Assembly (NCBI GenBank): GCA_012295275.1
Contig: CM022673.1
Span: forward strand, 15,562,001-15,626,000
DNA from: Chrysomallon squamiferum
Lineage: Eukaryota; Animalia; Mollusca
Direction: 5' to 3'
DNA length: 64,000 nt
Translations under genes and position numbers: made by a program
Notes under the pieces: generated by a model
Told to the model about the DNA's origin: nothing
The model's input: the letters and a program-made list of their open reading frames with translations, nothing else
Database searches by the model: none
Part shown: positions 18,686 to 41,447 of the stretch, one piece after another
Position numbering within the stretch: position 1 is the stretch's first letter
Layout of the letters: the number at the start of each line of letters is the position of its first letter

Positions 18686-19405
18686 GTAATAGTAATAGTA
18701 ATAATTATTGTAATTATCATCATTTTATTTTTATTTTTATTATTACTTTTATTATGATATTTATTATTATTTTTATTATTTATTATTACTATTATTATTG
18801 TTTTGCTATTATTATTAATTTATTTAGGTGTTTGTTGTTTTTTAATCATTGTATTAAAGAGAAAACCAGTTTTATCACACAGGGCTTATTTTTAATGTTA
18901 TCACCAAGGAATCTTATATCTACACCTTGTCAGACAGGACAACACATACCATGAATGTTTGAAGAAACAGACATGCTCGGGCTTAAGATTTATGATTATA
19001 AATACATGTATTTTATTAATTTTTGTTTTTGTGTCATTATATCTATCTATCTATCTATCTACCTTTCTATCTATCTGTCTATATATATCTAATATTGTGG
19101 TTATTTTTATCAACTTCTATTATATATAGGCAATATTGCTTAAATGTATTGACATCATAGCATGCTTGTTAACATTCTAGTAGCAACTGAATAGCAAATA
19201 ATACATTTCTTAGTAAGTTTATTTTTCTGTATATACATTTGTAAAACTTGATTGTCTTAAATTTCCTGCAATTAATATCATAATATTCTTATATAATGGA
19301 TTATTTCTTTATATAAAGTATATAAAAATTGTCTGTGTTGTTCGTGTTATCATTATAGAAAAATATTGTTACACGCACCCAGCTATAGAGGATTCAAAAT
19401 GAATA

Positions 19406-20297
19406 CAGTATTCCCTCGCTATTCGCGGGGGTTACGTTCTTTACTCCCCCGCGAATAGCGAAAAACCGCGAATATTGGATGCAGTTTTAAAACGTCTATT
19501 ATGAGATTATATACGGTACTAAATGCTTCCCAAACACTTTCTAAAGACACTCTTATTCATTAATACAGTAATAATGTAGTAATATTGCATGCAGTTATGT
19601 ATTTCACTAATGTAGTAATGATAATGTAAACACATTTTAATTTTGTACTGAAACAATATTTTAATCAGAAAGAAACGTAAGTACAGGAGGACAGTAACAC
19701 CGCATAGCATAGTTACCCATACAGTATTACTGTACCGTAAAGTCATTTTCTATGCGTACAACATATGTATTAGAATTGACAGAAAGTGGAACAAATTTAA
19801 AGGCAAACAGACAGATAAATACAGTACGCACAGTTAAGGTAATAATAATACAATTCAGTAATAATATGCAATTAAAAACATTATCAATACACGGTCACAA
19901 AAAATATGCACTGTACATACAGTGTATGCATTTATAAAAAAATACGTACTGTATTGCAATAATAATTGAAAAAATTTGATATTGTTTGTGCTGTCACCAA
20001 TAATGAATGATAATAAAATGATGATGAAATTTGCAGTGCCATACGATGATGATGATAACACTAATGTACAGTATGGCACAGCTTAGCTGCTGCTTTACAG
20101 CACTTTAGGTAATTATTCCTACTCTTCAGGCACTTAAGTCTCTATGACCTACAAAAACCCGGTTTACTGAGCATTTGTTTTTATGACGTTATGACGCTAG
20201 CCTGGTATACCAGCATACGATGCGATAGGGTTAAGAGCCTAACCAGCGAATATGCGGGGCCGCGAATGGGGAACCGCGAATAGGTGAGGGTATACTG
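19406..20297. mobile_element. Non-autonomous TcMar Tigger/pogo-type DNA transposon (MITE), about 890 bp
   Basis: TIRs CAGTATTCCCTCGCTATTCGCGG / CCGCGAATAGGTGAGGGTATACTG. TA target-site duplication at 19404-19405 and 20298-20299. The empty site is visible in the paralogous sequence at ~45855-45875 (aaatgaaTActctgttcag). Confidence 0.9.
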
Positions 20298-23200
20298 TAC
20301 TCTGTTCAGTAGATGTATGAAGTAAAGGATCTTTACGTGTGCCATTATAAGCCACAGTACCATTCCTTGCAGTAAATGATATTTCATATACCTATCACAA
20401 CAATATTTATGTTTATAACATTACTATTACTGACAACACTTTGATAATATTCTAATATTGACCGTTAACAAATATCTGTTATCAAAAACCTTTCTGTACT
20501 ATGATAGTCTTTGAGAGGAAACATCTCCTACAAGATCTATTCACCGATTATTACATGGGCATTTGAAACTTCGAAATAAGACCTTTCATGACAATCTTCG
20601 ATAACATTTTTGTTGAGCTCTGGTTTGGAAAGGGAAATAGACACAGATTTTTTAGGGAGGACTTTAAAGCAGGACTAAAAAGACAGTGTATATACTACAT
20701 GAAACAGGTAAATGTTTTTAACATTCTTTATATGTTTTGTGGTGCATTTGTAGTAATTAATGTAAAGATTTCTGTTTCAAATTTAATAGGTTTTTATCTT
20801 ATGGATAGACTTTAAAATAAATCATTTATTTCTAGATTTATCACTTAGCAGCAGAATGTTTAATATGCACCTTTCCAAATAAAGTGTATTTTGTGAAAAG
20901 GACATATTGTGCTTTGAAATGAAAAACAATTATTTGATCAGAACACAACTTTGAAGTATGGGAAAGCAATGAACTTTTAAAAAATTGTATCCATTATTCC
21001 ATGTAATTACATTCTTTATGGGAATTCATTATTTTTGTCCTGCAGATGATAACATGATAACAAGAGGTTGGATATGTCATTCTTTTAACAATAGAATTAT
21101 TGAATTTAAGGTCGCTGCATTTGCGCTAAATGTCAACCCTCCCAACCCTCCCAACTTGTATGATGAGACATCATCATATAAGAAAAAAAAAAAAAAAAAA
21201 AAAGGGGAAAAAAGGAATTACTACATGTAAAACAGAAAAGACATAAAATCTTAGGGATTGTTGGTCAACATTCAATGCATAAACGTCTAATGATATCGTA
21301 TATTACAGTACGTACAAGTTAGTGTCATATGTGTCTGGGAACTAAGCTTGTACGGGCATTTAACTGTAAGATTATATCTTGAAGTTTAAAGATAGACAAG
21401 TCATAAAGTGCAGATTGTAAATCGGACATATTTTCGAAAGTTTGACAGGGCTGTAAACCATCTCTCTTACTGAATGGAGGTGAGATATGTTTTTCAAAAC
21501 AATAGCAAAAGAAAACTTTATTATTAGGTAGTCATCGTCTTCTAAAATTTGGGTTCAGCACATTTATAATAAAAGCCTACAAATTGGTAACTATTTTTTT
21601 TATAATAATACTAAATTACTGTTTATTATTTTTATAACTGCAGCTGTAATTTTATTATGACTTTATTTTACTACAGTTGTCATTGTTGGTACAATAACAA
21701 TACAAGATTATATTTTTATATTTATAAAGATAATAAGGAATTGTTATTGTACAATAAAAAAACATATATATTTTATATTTATCGGGAAAGTCTCTTATTT
21801 TATTTTATTTTTTTTTAAGGAATTGTTAAACAGTAAAATGTATTTCGTCTTATTATTTTAAAATAAAAAATATACCGGACCAATTATCGGACTCCTTGGG
21901 GTCTGAGGCATTCCGATTTCTGGATTTTAAGTTTATTTAAATTATTATAAACATTTTAAAATTATAAAGAAAATTGACGATTGAGTGAATGACAACTGTA
22001 GTTTTTTACAACACCTGCGTGCCCGAACTATGAAAATAAAGTCGGGAAAAACTTCCGGTTTTAAGACAGGACGCCGGGAAGAATAACAACAAAAACAACA
22101 AAACTGTTCACACGTATTATTATTATTATTAAGAATGAAATGATTTTTAAATAATTATTTAACGAGTTTTTACGATTATTTTTAAAAACAAAAAATACAA
22201 AGTTTAATAAATAAATAATAAAATCAAATAAAATAAAATTAAACAGGATAGTAAAAAAACCAACATCTCAAAATTATAACTTAAAATGACACCATGGACT
22301 GTTCAGCGAATGAAAACTAAAAACAAATTTATTTATTTCAAATTATTAATCAGGTATTATTTTGTAATTAAAACAATTTTATTTATATTATTACTATAAT
22401 TTTGTAATTACAATTTAAGTTATACATGGTCAAACTTTGTTAACGCCAACTGGTTAATTTACTGCGAACCTCTGAAATCAAATACTTTTCTTTTCTTTTC
22501 TTTCTATTTTTTTTTTTTTTTTTACCTTTAGACATATATAAATATAATGCTGTTTTGTTACGGTACCGACAATAACAACTCAAGTAAAATAAAGTCATTA
22601 TAAAGTTATAGTGCAGTTATAAACATGATAAACTGTAACTTAATATTATTATGAAAGATCTATTGAAATTGTATGCTTTAATAATAAATATTATAAACCG
22701 TTATTTAATATTATTATTAAAAATCTATTGAAATTGTATGATTTAATTATAAACCGTAATTTAATATTATAGAATTATATAAAAGTGTGTGTGTGTGTGT
22801 GTTTTAAGAAAGTAATTAAACATTATGGATAAGGCGTAAACAAATTTGATTGATGTTTCATTTTAATCAAAACGTAACTGGATTTTTAAAAATAATTTTA
22901 ATAATTTTTGATTGTTTTATTTTATTTTTATTTTCATTTCTTCATTTTTTTTTAAAGGTTTTCAAAAAAGGTATTTGAATACAAACATTTTGACATCAAG
23001 AAAAAAAAAAATGGCTCATTTAATATTTGAAATTAACGGGACTTATTTCAAGATAAGATCATCCAGTACAAGTTCACTGCAAAATCAAACAATGAGAAAT
23101 CTTGCTCGAGGTACTTGCCTTCTCTTGTAAACATTTTAATTAAAATTTATTTTTCTATTTAATTAGCTGGGTTTGTTTTTTGTTTTTGTTCATACTGTTA

Positions 23201-23779
23201 TTTATAAGTTTGCTTTGTTTCTTGTACATTTCTTTTATTTTATTTTATTTATTTTTCACGTGTATCATATCAAATAAATAAAAACTAAAATAACAACACT
23301 GACAATATTAATAATTAGTAATTAACTAAATAACTAACAAACTATATAAATAAATAAATAAATAAATAAATAATCTTTCCAATGACAATTTAATGTAGAA
23401 CAAAAATTAAAATAATATTTGTTTTATTATACATTTATCACAAAGACAAAACAATTATAATTGCATCAATTTATTTTTATTATAAATATTACACAAGCCC
23501 AGACTTCTACAGTCATGTTGTCAATGAGATGTTAATCTACACTTTCAGTTGTGAGATGTCTGTCCATTTAACAATAATGTGATGTAAAAATTCTGTACAA
23601 TTCACAGAAATAGCATTTCAGTAATCTGTAGTTAGAATGAATATCTAACCTTATGTGTTTTATGATTTACTGTACTGAACATGTGAAAATCTCAGAAACT
23701 GTATTACGAAATTACAGTTTCTTTGGCTGTATGCACATTAAGATAAAAAAAATATATTCATTCATCCATTCACTCTATT

Positions 23780-32059
<8,280 letters not shown>

Positions 32060-32962
32060 GCTGCCGGATGTTAATATTTGTTACAAATAGTTGACAGACT
32101 GTTTTTCATAAAACAATCCGCATGTTAAAATGGACAGAACAATATTAATAAAATACTACGTGTTAGTAGTCTATGTATCTGGAGGTATTTTCCCTGCCCC
32201 GGTCACAATACTTTAAGCACTTTTGATTAGTGAACAAAAATAAAGAGCCTAGTAACAAACAACAAATGAACAAAAAACAAGTAAGAAATATTTGTAAATA
32301 CTAACGATTGTGGTTTTGAGCAGTAATGGCATATTAAACATTTTTCAGTATTAATACATACAGAAAAGTTTATCTATAATAAAATATTAGCACTACAGAC
32401 GTTACTACTCGTAACTGTCAAAGTCATGACTACGGAGATATCATTATACACATTTCATAACATAAATGAGCAGATTAATTGCATTTACTGATTTAACAAA
32501 AGGCGGTGCTAAAACGCGGGTTTTCGATCCGCGGTGTTCAATGCATTGCAGTTTCAGTATGAAATACCCCCTGCATATCTTCTTCTTCTTCTTCTTCTTC
32601 TTCTTCTTCTTCTTCTAATTATTATTATTATTATCTGAGCTTATACCTTGTTATATTTTATATTTGAAAATGTATGTTGTACACAGTTTTTAATTATAAT
32701 GACAACTGTAACAAGTTGTTAAAAGAATGGGAAACAAATCATATTGTTTTAATTGTATTAACTACTTGAATACATGGTCGACGTATGGTATAGACACGGA
32801 AGATTATTTCTAAATAATTATAATATTTATATAATTTTATTATAATATATGTGCAGTTGATCGTTGTGTTTTTTTGTGTTAGATGTACGTACAATAAAAA
32901 TAGAGGTTAATTCTGTACATTAGTTTGGTAATTACTTATGCTTTTATACAGCAGTGCATATA

Positions 32963-35240
32963 TGTTACAGTCAATATGTCAAATTAGTCATTTGGCCTAA
33001 TGCATGAAACGCCCAAGACCGTCAGGCGTTTGGCCTAATGACTAAAAAATGTCCAGGAATTAGGCGAAATGGCTGGATTTTGGTTTCTATTATTTGAGAT
33101 TCTGCCTGATAGCAACTCATGCAATTATTCAAATGGGTTTAATGCTTTGCTTAAATCTGTTCATTGTAGGGATTACTGGTTCAGTTCAATTCTTTATTAT
33201 CGTTAAGCTTTACAGCTTAATAATAAAAAATGCAATAAAAGTTACCCAATTATTTTTCAATAAAATACAATTTATTGTACTTATTAATTTCAGCCAATAT
33301 TTAATCATTCAGTATATACGTTCGTAAACTAATGAGAATCTACGCAATTCAAAATAGACCATAATATTTGTGGTTAACCCTTTAACATTTAAAATATTTT
33401 TACAAAAATCTTAATGAATTTTCTCAATAACATATACTTTTTGAAAACCCTATATCTCAACATAGAAATATGATTTGAAGAATTATTATTTACACTTTAT
33501 GTTGCCATATTGTTGTGTTATTCTTACATCAAAGACCAATGATTTTAATACCGAGGAATGCTTTGCTTACATTCAGTTCATTGTAGGGATTAGTGGTTGA
33601 GTTAGTCTTACATCAAAGACCAATTAGATGGTGGTGATTAAGTGGTAGTGTTATTGTTGCATCAAGGTATTGATAGATGGTATAAAATAAGAGAGAAGCA
33701 TGCAAGAAAGTGTACATTCCAAAGGAAGAGTACTTCTTGATTATGGACCAGCTAAAGAAGATCTCTGTTGACCCAGGAAGAAAACCCACCACGAATACTA
33801 CCTCGTGTCCAAGTTTGAAATTCTTCAATGTGGAGACGTGCAGAAACTGACCAAGAAGCGCCAAACAGATGAAGACACACCTTTGACGTTATCAATCTGG
33901 CACACATCTCAACTGGCCACATCTCAACTGAAAGAATTATCTAAAAAGTATGTGAATGTGACACGTGAAGCTATCGAATTTTTGAAGTCGCTACGCATGG
34001 ACTGTCAACAGAATCGCAAGAAGCTAAGAACCAAAGGAGTGGTGGTCCATGCTATTCTGAGGTTTCGTCTCGTGGCGAAGTGTATCTTGTAGACATTGTA
34101 CCCAGTTGAAAATATAAGTGGATCATGATTTACCAGGACCATTTTACCAAGTTCTGTATTTTCAGACCTCTTACTTCGAAGCGTGCCTCGCAAGTTGCCT
34201 ATCAGCTGATTGATATCTTCCTGATGTTTGTAGTTCCCCATGTGACAACGGATCCGAGTTTACAGCTGGTGTAGTCAAGGAACTGATGAAATTGTGAACA
34301 AATTGGTTATTGTGCACGGGAAACGGAGACACCCCAAAGCCAGGGCTCTGTAGAGCGGGCAAACTCAGATATTAAAGACATGTTAGTAGCCTGCTTGAGT
34401 TAGAATGACACAGGGTCTGGAATTTAGGCATCATGTTTGCTTAATTCAAGCTACAACGCTGGCATCGAGCAATCATCGTATTCAGCTCTCTTTGGGATGG
34501 AGGTGTGTGTTAGACTGACATCATCTTCACTACCTCATGAAGTCCTTGGCAAACTCCAGTCAGAAGACGACTTTCTGGCACTGCTGTCAGATAAATCCCA
34601 ATGTATTATAAATTTAACGCAAATATTACAGTATGTTATCTTTGATTTAAAGAAGGGCATTTCATACATTTCTAACAAGTATTGGAACACATTTAGCATA
34701 ATTCTGGCAATTGTCTGGTCAAGAAATACACAAAATTGCGAGACCAAATGTTATGAAATTTCATCCATTTTAGCGACCGGCTTGACCGCCAGTTCCGAGT
34801 TTGACCAGCTGCCACCCAACTCGGAGCTTGACCAGTTGCCACCCACCTCGGAGCTTGACGAGTTTCCACCCATCTCCGAGCTTGACCAGTTGTCACCCAT
34901 CTCGGAGCTTAGCCAGTTGCCACCCATCTCCGAGCTTGACCAGTTGCCACCCATCTCCGAGCTTGATGTGTGTCCCCAGAGGCTGCTATTGTTGGATGAT
35001 GTGAAAAGAGAATGTACAATGTCTCTTAGGACATTCCGCAGAAGGACAAAGGTTTGTGAAATGCAACTGTGGGTGGGGGACAAAGAGCTGTCAAACAAAA
35101 TGTTGTAAATGTTTGAAGAACAATTTTTTGTGCAATTCAAGATGTTACTCGTATGAACTGTTGAACACTACTTGATGTGTTTCGAAATAAATGATTTCAT
35201 GTAATTGCAAGTCATTGTTTTTCATTCAGTCATTTTTCAG
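32963..35240 (+). mobile_element. Degenerate Ginger2/TDD-type DNA transposon with KRBA2/SCAND3-like rve integrase
   Basis: Starts TGTTACAGTCAATATGTCAAA (left TIR). Frameshifted ORF ~33690-35108 with LKELSKKYVNVTREAIE, YQDHFTKF, DNGSEFT, HPxSQGSVERANSDIKDML, SYNAGIEQSSYSALFG (integrase D,D35E signature). Absent from the paralogous site at ~8545. Confidence 0.85.
34793..34967 (+). repeat. 27-bp minisatellite (SELDQLPPI x ~6-7) inside the Ginger2 ORF
   Basis: Unit gagcttgaccagttgccacccatctcc repeated in tandem; seen as repeats in several ORF-track frames. Confidence 0.9.
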
Positions 35241-36524
35241 TCATAAATTGTAATGGTCATTTGAACTTTTAGATACATACATTCAGACCACACAATATTA
35301 TAGGCTGCGGTGAAAGTATTATTGTTTTTTTCTGACTTTGTTTTTCAATAAGGTCTTAGATTAATTTGTGCTGTTAATTTCTTGAAATTATATATATATA
35401 TATATATAATGTGTGAAAATCTCTTATAGCCAGCTTCTGATAACGAAAGAAGACTTGTGTATTTTCTTTTATAGTGACAATTTCAAGCATTTATGTGTGT
35501 GTATATATATGTGTGTGGGTGCACGCGCGCTTGTTTATGTTTGTATGCATTTGTCTGTGTAAAATAATAATAAAAAATTAGTGGTAGCAGCAGCAGCAAT
35601 AATAATAATAAACTCGATCTGTTATTGATAGGCTGAACGTTTCATTCCAAAATTATCATAATCTCCTTTTTTTTCCCACAGATTTTATTTTACATTTCAG
35701 TCCAGTATGATGTCACGGAACAATAGAAATGTCCTCTTTTATTTGGATTCATTATATAATTTAATAGTAAGAACTGGTGCCAAGAATGAATTAATACTAC
35801 CGATTACATTTCAGTATTTTCGATTTTAATTTATTTGGTAAAATAATTTACATCATTCGTTATAAATAAACAAAACAAATACTAACGAGCCACCGAGGAT
35901 AACACATAAAAACAAACAAACAAACAAACAAACAAACAAACTAAATAAATAAATAACCAACGCAAACTATTTATCACTGTGTGTACTGACTCAGATTGAC
36001 TAGAAAACAACTAAATTGCAGAACATATAATAGTAATGATGTTTACGTTAATATATTATGTAAATATTTTGATTTTGCATATCTAATTTAGTGTACAAAT
36101 ATTTTTGAACTCTGATTTAAACTATTTTTAGTTCTACAATGTTTCCTTAAGAGCTAGAACCAAAACTGTATATTATTAGAATCTTGAAACATCAATCATT
36201 CAAGCTGTACTATGACTGTATTGAACCATTTCTATTTCACTTTTCATATATTCGGGTGCTCTATCATTGGTGATATTATACATGTGTCCTAATTTCATTT
36301 GTTATATTCTGTACTTCACTTTAAGTTTACTGTATTGAAAATGGGTTCTAGATGGAGGATTTAACATGTACCTAACGATTTTATTTTGTGTCTGTGAGAC
36401 TGAGCATTTTATGGCTCAATTCGCAACATTGGTCGTGGTGATTTTGACTTGTTTTATTTTTATTACTATTTCTGAATACCGTAAATCTGAACTCCAAAAA
36501 AATTCAATATGCTAAATTTTTTCA

Positions 36525-39500
36525 AAGCTCAGACGGATGACGTAAAAGAGTAAAATAATTTATAGTCTAGTAATAACTATCATTCAGACTAGCTCTGTAT
36601 CAATAAACAAACATCTTCCTGATCTAATAACGGTACAGTAATACCTCGCTTCCATGGCATAAAAACTAAAAGTGCGGATGTCATTGGATTCAGAACCAAA
36701 GGTTTGTTATTTTCTTATGGTATTTCTTACTTGTGTGTGTATGTATATCTGTTGTAATGCTGTGTTAACATTTCAGATGTCTGTTTTATTTTTATAATAA
36801 CTACATTAAAGTTATAGAACTTTACAGAAGCATGTAGAATAAAATTTTAAAAAAATAAAACATTTCATACTGTTGAAGCTTTCTGTTTATTAGATTTTTT
36901 CTTACATGATTAATGCTGATATTCAATATTACAAAATTTGTGTATTTATACACAGAGACACTGACATTGTACATGCACACAGACACACAAGTCTGGAAAT
37001 AATTTATGGTCTCAGACAGACAATTTGTGACTAACATAAATGAAAATGTACCTGTCAGATTGATGAAGATAAAATTTGTCAGTAATGAATTAAATGATTT
37101 GAAGTTTTATGATGGTAGTTATATTTTCCCGTTGATATGATCGAGTAAATATTATTGAGTTAAGCAACATTCAGGATTTAAACAGTCATTGATGTCTGAA
37201 TCAGACAGAAAACCAAATAAATTGTCATGGTTATTTGAACTTTTTGATACATTACCACAACAGTTTTACATCTACTTAAAGTGACTAATTTTTCTAATAA
37301 TGAAATAATTTTCTCTGACACATTATCTTCATGAAAACATGTGACAATAATTTTATATTGATATGGTCTGACCACACAAAATTTCAGATGTCTTGGCTTT
37401 TTTTTTTTTTTTTTTTAATAATAACTACATTAAAGTTATAGAACTTTACAGAAACATGTAGAATAAAAATAATATATTGCAAATTTTCATCTTTTGAGGC
37501 TTTCTGAATCAGATAGAAAACCAAATAAATTGTAATGGTCATTTGAACTTTTAGATACATTACCACTGCGGTCACACCACACAATATTATAGGCTGCGGT
37601 GAAAGTATTATTGTTTTTTTTTTTGTCTTTGTTTTTCAATAAGGTCTTAGATTAATTTGTGCTGTTGATTTCTTGAAATTTCATATTATATAGTGATACC
37701 ATCTGATACCTTTCTAGTGAAATTCTAAACGCTAATGATTTCATGTCATTGGGTTGGCATAAATGTCTATTAAAAGTGAAGCAGAAACTCACCTGGTCAA
37801 ATTTAAATGGATTCTGGATTCAGTTTCGTATGTGTCAAAACTGTTAGAAATATGCCTTTTTAAACATACAGCATCCAACTGATTGAGCATAGAAATACTT
37901 CATTTTTTTCTTCAAATTATTACTGAATTACAAATCTCTATCAGGCAGTGACAGTGACCAAACATTTATTTCCAGGCTTATTGCATATTAACTGAATTTT
38001 TTGTTTTGTTTATACGTATTAACTGAAACCATTAGACACTTTTGTCTGGAAATTAATTATATCCAGTTAATAGTGACCTGGTCAAAACTGTTAATGTGTG
38101 TATTACATGATGTAGGTGTAATGTTATTTCTTGGCTTGACTCAGTTGCATGTGTCTTTTCCAATCTTTGTATGCTATATATACATGACATATATATGTAT
38201 ATACTGTGTGTATTATATAATTCGAGAAATGAAGCTATGAGGAAGTTTAGCAAGGCATTAGATAATGTGAAAGTAATTTATTTTATGTTGCTCAGTGATG
38301 TAACTTTCATTTAAACTACACAATGTACCATTTATAATTTACAATTAAAAAAAAAATAATATCTGCGGTAATTGTTCAAACTACATACCAAATGTTTCGA
38401 AATTTCTTAAAAGATTCTTATCTTTTTGTGATTTTAGTCTGACTTCGTTATAAGAATTTCTTTAAATTTCTTATCTTGCTGATTCCACTAGCTTTCAGAT
38501 TCTCAGAATTCAGTGGAGAAACATGGTTCTAAATTTTGGTTTCAACTGTTGAAGACCATTGGGTGTTACATTATCTGTGGTTCTAAAAATGTAATGTTGA
38601 GTGTTTGGCAATTACTTGGGTATGGATACAACCTACTTCTGAATGTAAGTGTATTTTTTCACCGATATTGGTGAAACTAGTTGAAAGTCTTTTTTTATTC
38701 TGGCTGCAAATGGGGTAATATTACTCAAATGTTTGATTAACAGCTTTTATTGAGTTCCAAGAAATGTTTTTCTCTCAAGAAATATGTATGAATGTGTCTT
38801 GGAATTCAGATTGCGTAACCAGATTTGTTACTTCATTCAGAGATCTGCTCCTTTTCTTTTAATCGATGAATTCAGATTGCATAACTTTGATTGTTACTTC
38901 AAATCACATCCGCTTTTTTTTTTTTTTTAAGCTATGGAATTGAAATTGCGTAACTTTAATTATTACTACAATCATATCCGCTGTTTTTATTGTTTCGGAT
39001 AATTTTTCAATCCATGGCGTTGTTATAAAAAGTGCTGGAATTTGGTAATTAGAGAGAGAAGTAAACGAAGTAAGCGAGAGCGAAGGAAACGGTCAAGACA
39101 AGAGTTCAGTTAGGTGGGGAAACCAATGTCTTTGAATGACATTGTCTTTACAGACGAGTGTGATAAGCAATTGTCTAATCATATTTTGATAAGGTGTAAT
39201 GTGCAATTAACCTGTGTCAACAATATTTATTGTACCTAAAATTTTAAGGTTTTAAATCTGTCTTCCGTGCAGATTCTTATTTTGTCTAGGTTCCCCGCAT
39301 GACCTTTCTCGTATCATTAATCACAATTACTTAAACATATGTTTTATGACTGTATAACGCATTATTATCAAGTCACCTGTATATCATAATTAAATAATTA
39401 ATATGAACCTTAACTGGTGTTGTGTTTATTTGTCTAGTGGATAGATAGAACTTATTGATTTATATAGTTTGCTGTCAATTTAGCTTTTATATTCCTTGTT

Positions 39501-41354
39501 AGGTGGCCATTAAAGCACCTTGTTACCCTAGACTGAGCCTTAAAAAACCCCACACAAGGTGTTTAAAGGCGTGAGCCCTGTGACACGATTTATGTCTGTA
39601 TGTATGTACGTATGGACACACTAACCAAGCACTTGCTGTTCAGTAAGAGACTAGTGATTTCTTTTAACAGTAACATTTTCAAATGTTGATGGCAGACAAA
39701 TTGCAAAATAGATAGTGCAGTTATTAGTTATTAATTACTGTTGTTGTTGTTGTTGTTGGCTGCTTCTAATTGTATTATAAATTATTAGCCTGTGTGTGTG
39801 TGTGCACTGCACATCTAGAAATGCTACATGTTGAAGTAGGCTGGCAGTTGAAAATTCCTTTCTAATGAGTAAACAGCAAACTATTAAACAATAGCTACAT
39901 TAAAATGATTAACAATATGAATGTTGCTGTACTCAGTTCAATACATATTATTATTCATTTTACATTTCACTTTCGTTGACTTTGAGCACTTCTGTAATAA
40001 AAATTACCTAGTTCATTCTTTAAATATTTTTATCAGTGATTTAGTATAATATTGGAATTGTTCTCAGTGCTGTATGGCCATCAGTTTGTCTCACTGTTTT
40101 ATCAATATTAATTACACATACATATACAGACATGCACAAACACACACACACACACACACATACATTTGCTTGCAGACACATCAGACAACCTATGTAGAAA
40201 ATACACTTTCTATTTAGCTTGCTCAAAGCAAGTGAGCATTGCACAGGCAGTTTAAAATCAGTTTTAATTTGCATGTCAAAGGGGTAAACAAGAAGAAAGG
40301 AACAGCTAGTTATTATGGAAATTGGAGTGAAAGAGATACAGAGCACTACAGACGTGGTTATCCTGTAAGAGACAAATACAGATCGTCATCCATAAATCTT
40401 GGTTTTTTTAATATTTTTAAAAATACAGATGTTGATAACCTTAATATCCAAAGATATTTGTTTCTTTTTATGTAAATGTTTCTGATAAATATGAAGATTT
40501 ATTGAGAAATATATATATATCTTTTTATTCTGTTTTCTCTGCTGTTTTTTTTTTTTTCTTTTTTTTCTTTCTTGTTTTAGTTTATATGTATGTAAGCAGT
40601 GATTTTCATTTATATTTTGTAAAGGTTTTTGTATGATGAATTTATTAAAACAACAATATTTTATTTTATTTCAAGTAGATGTACCACTGTACCTCTTTTA
40701 TGCAGCAGTTTGTCTTATATTGCCATATTTTCAATATATTAGCATTTTCTGTTACAAACTACACCTCACCAGCCCCCTCCACCAGCTCAGATAGTTGATA
40801 ACTTATTTTAATCCAGCCTTTGCTATAGTCATCCCATCTGACCAAACTACAGTTCTTGGCAAATATAATCATGTATATGTTACAGTTACACTGTTATAAG
40901 TTTCAACTATTGACAAAGTATGTGTGTTTTATAATTCAGAAGGCAGCCTAAAGTTAGCCTTAAAAAAGTTCTGTATGTATGTGATCACAATTAACAGAAG
41001 TGAAATAGTCTGATGATGCTAGCTCTGTAAACTGATCTCCTTGGTTACTGCAAATGATGTTTACTGAACATATTTTAGTGTGAAATTTTTATCATTTCTT
41101 AAGGTAACATTAAGTGATAAATTAAATAGTTCTGATTACATCTTTTTTAATATTTATTTATTATTATTATTGTTATTTATTTTATTTTTTCCATTTTTAA
41201 TTCACTTATTATTTTATGATTTACATTATTGTTTCACTTCTCTTCTCTTTCATGCTTAGGGAAAAAAAGATGACAGATGGGCAGACAAGAATTTGAAGTT
41301 TTACAAAAATAAAATAAAGTCATGTCCTAATGGTTAGTTTTATTTAATGTACTT

Positions 41355-41385
<31 letters not shown>

Positions 41386-41412
41386 AATGATCTTACTCTT
41401 TTATTATTACTG

Positions 41413-41447
<35 letters not shown>

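Noticed and set aside
20480-21500. Coding-like degenerate segment repeated at 46030-47080 and 62350-63100 (faint LRR- or RT-like wording)
   Set aside because: All frames are broken in all copies and no motif could be identified with confidence; needs BLASTx.
21990-22085. CpG-containing patch with an ETS-like ACTTCCGG motif near the unit I/II junction
   Set aside because: No associated ORF or exon; a single short motif is insufficient evidence for a promoter.
34793-34967. Regular repeats considered as a CRISPR-like array
   Set aside because: Head-to-tail 27-bp units without unique spacers, inside a eukaryotic transposon ORF.
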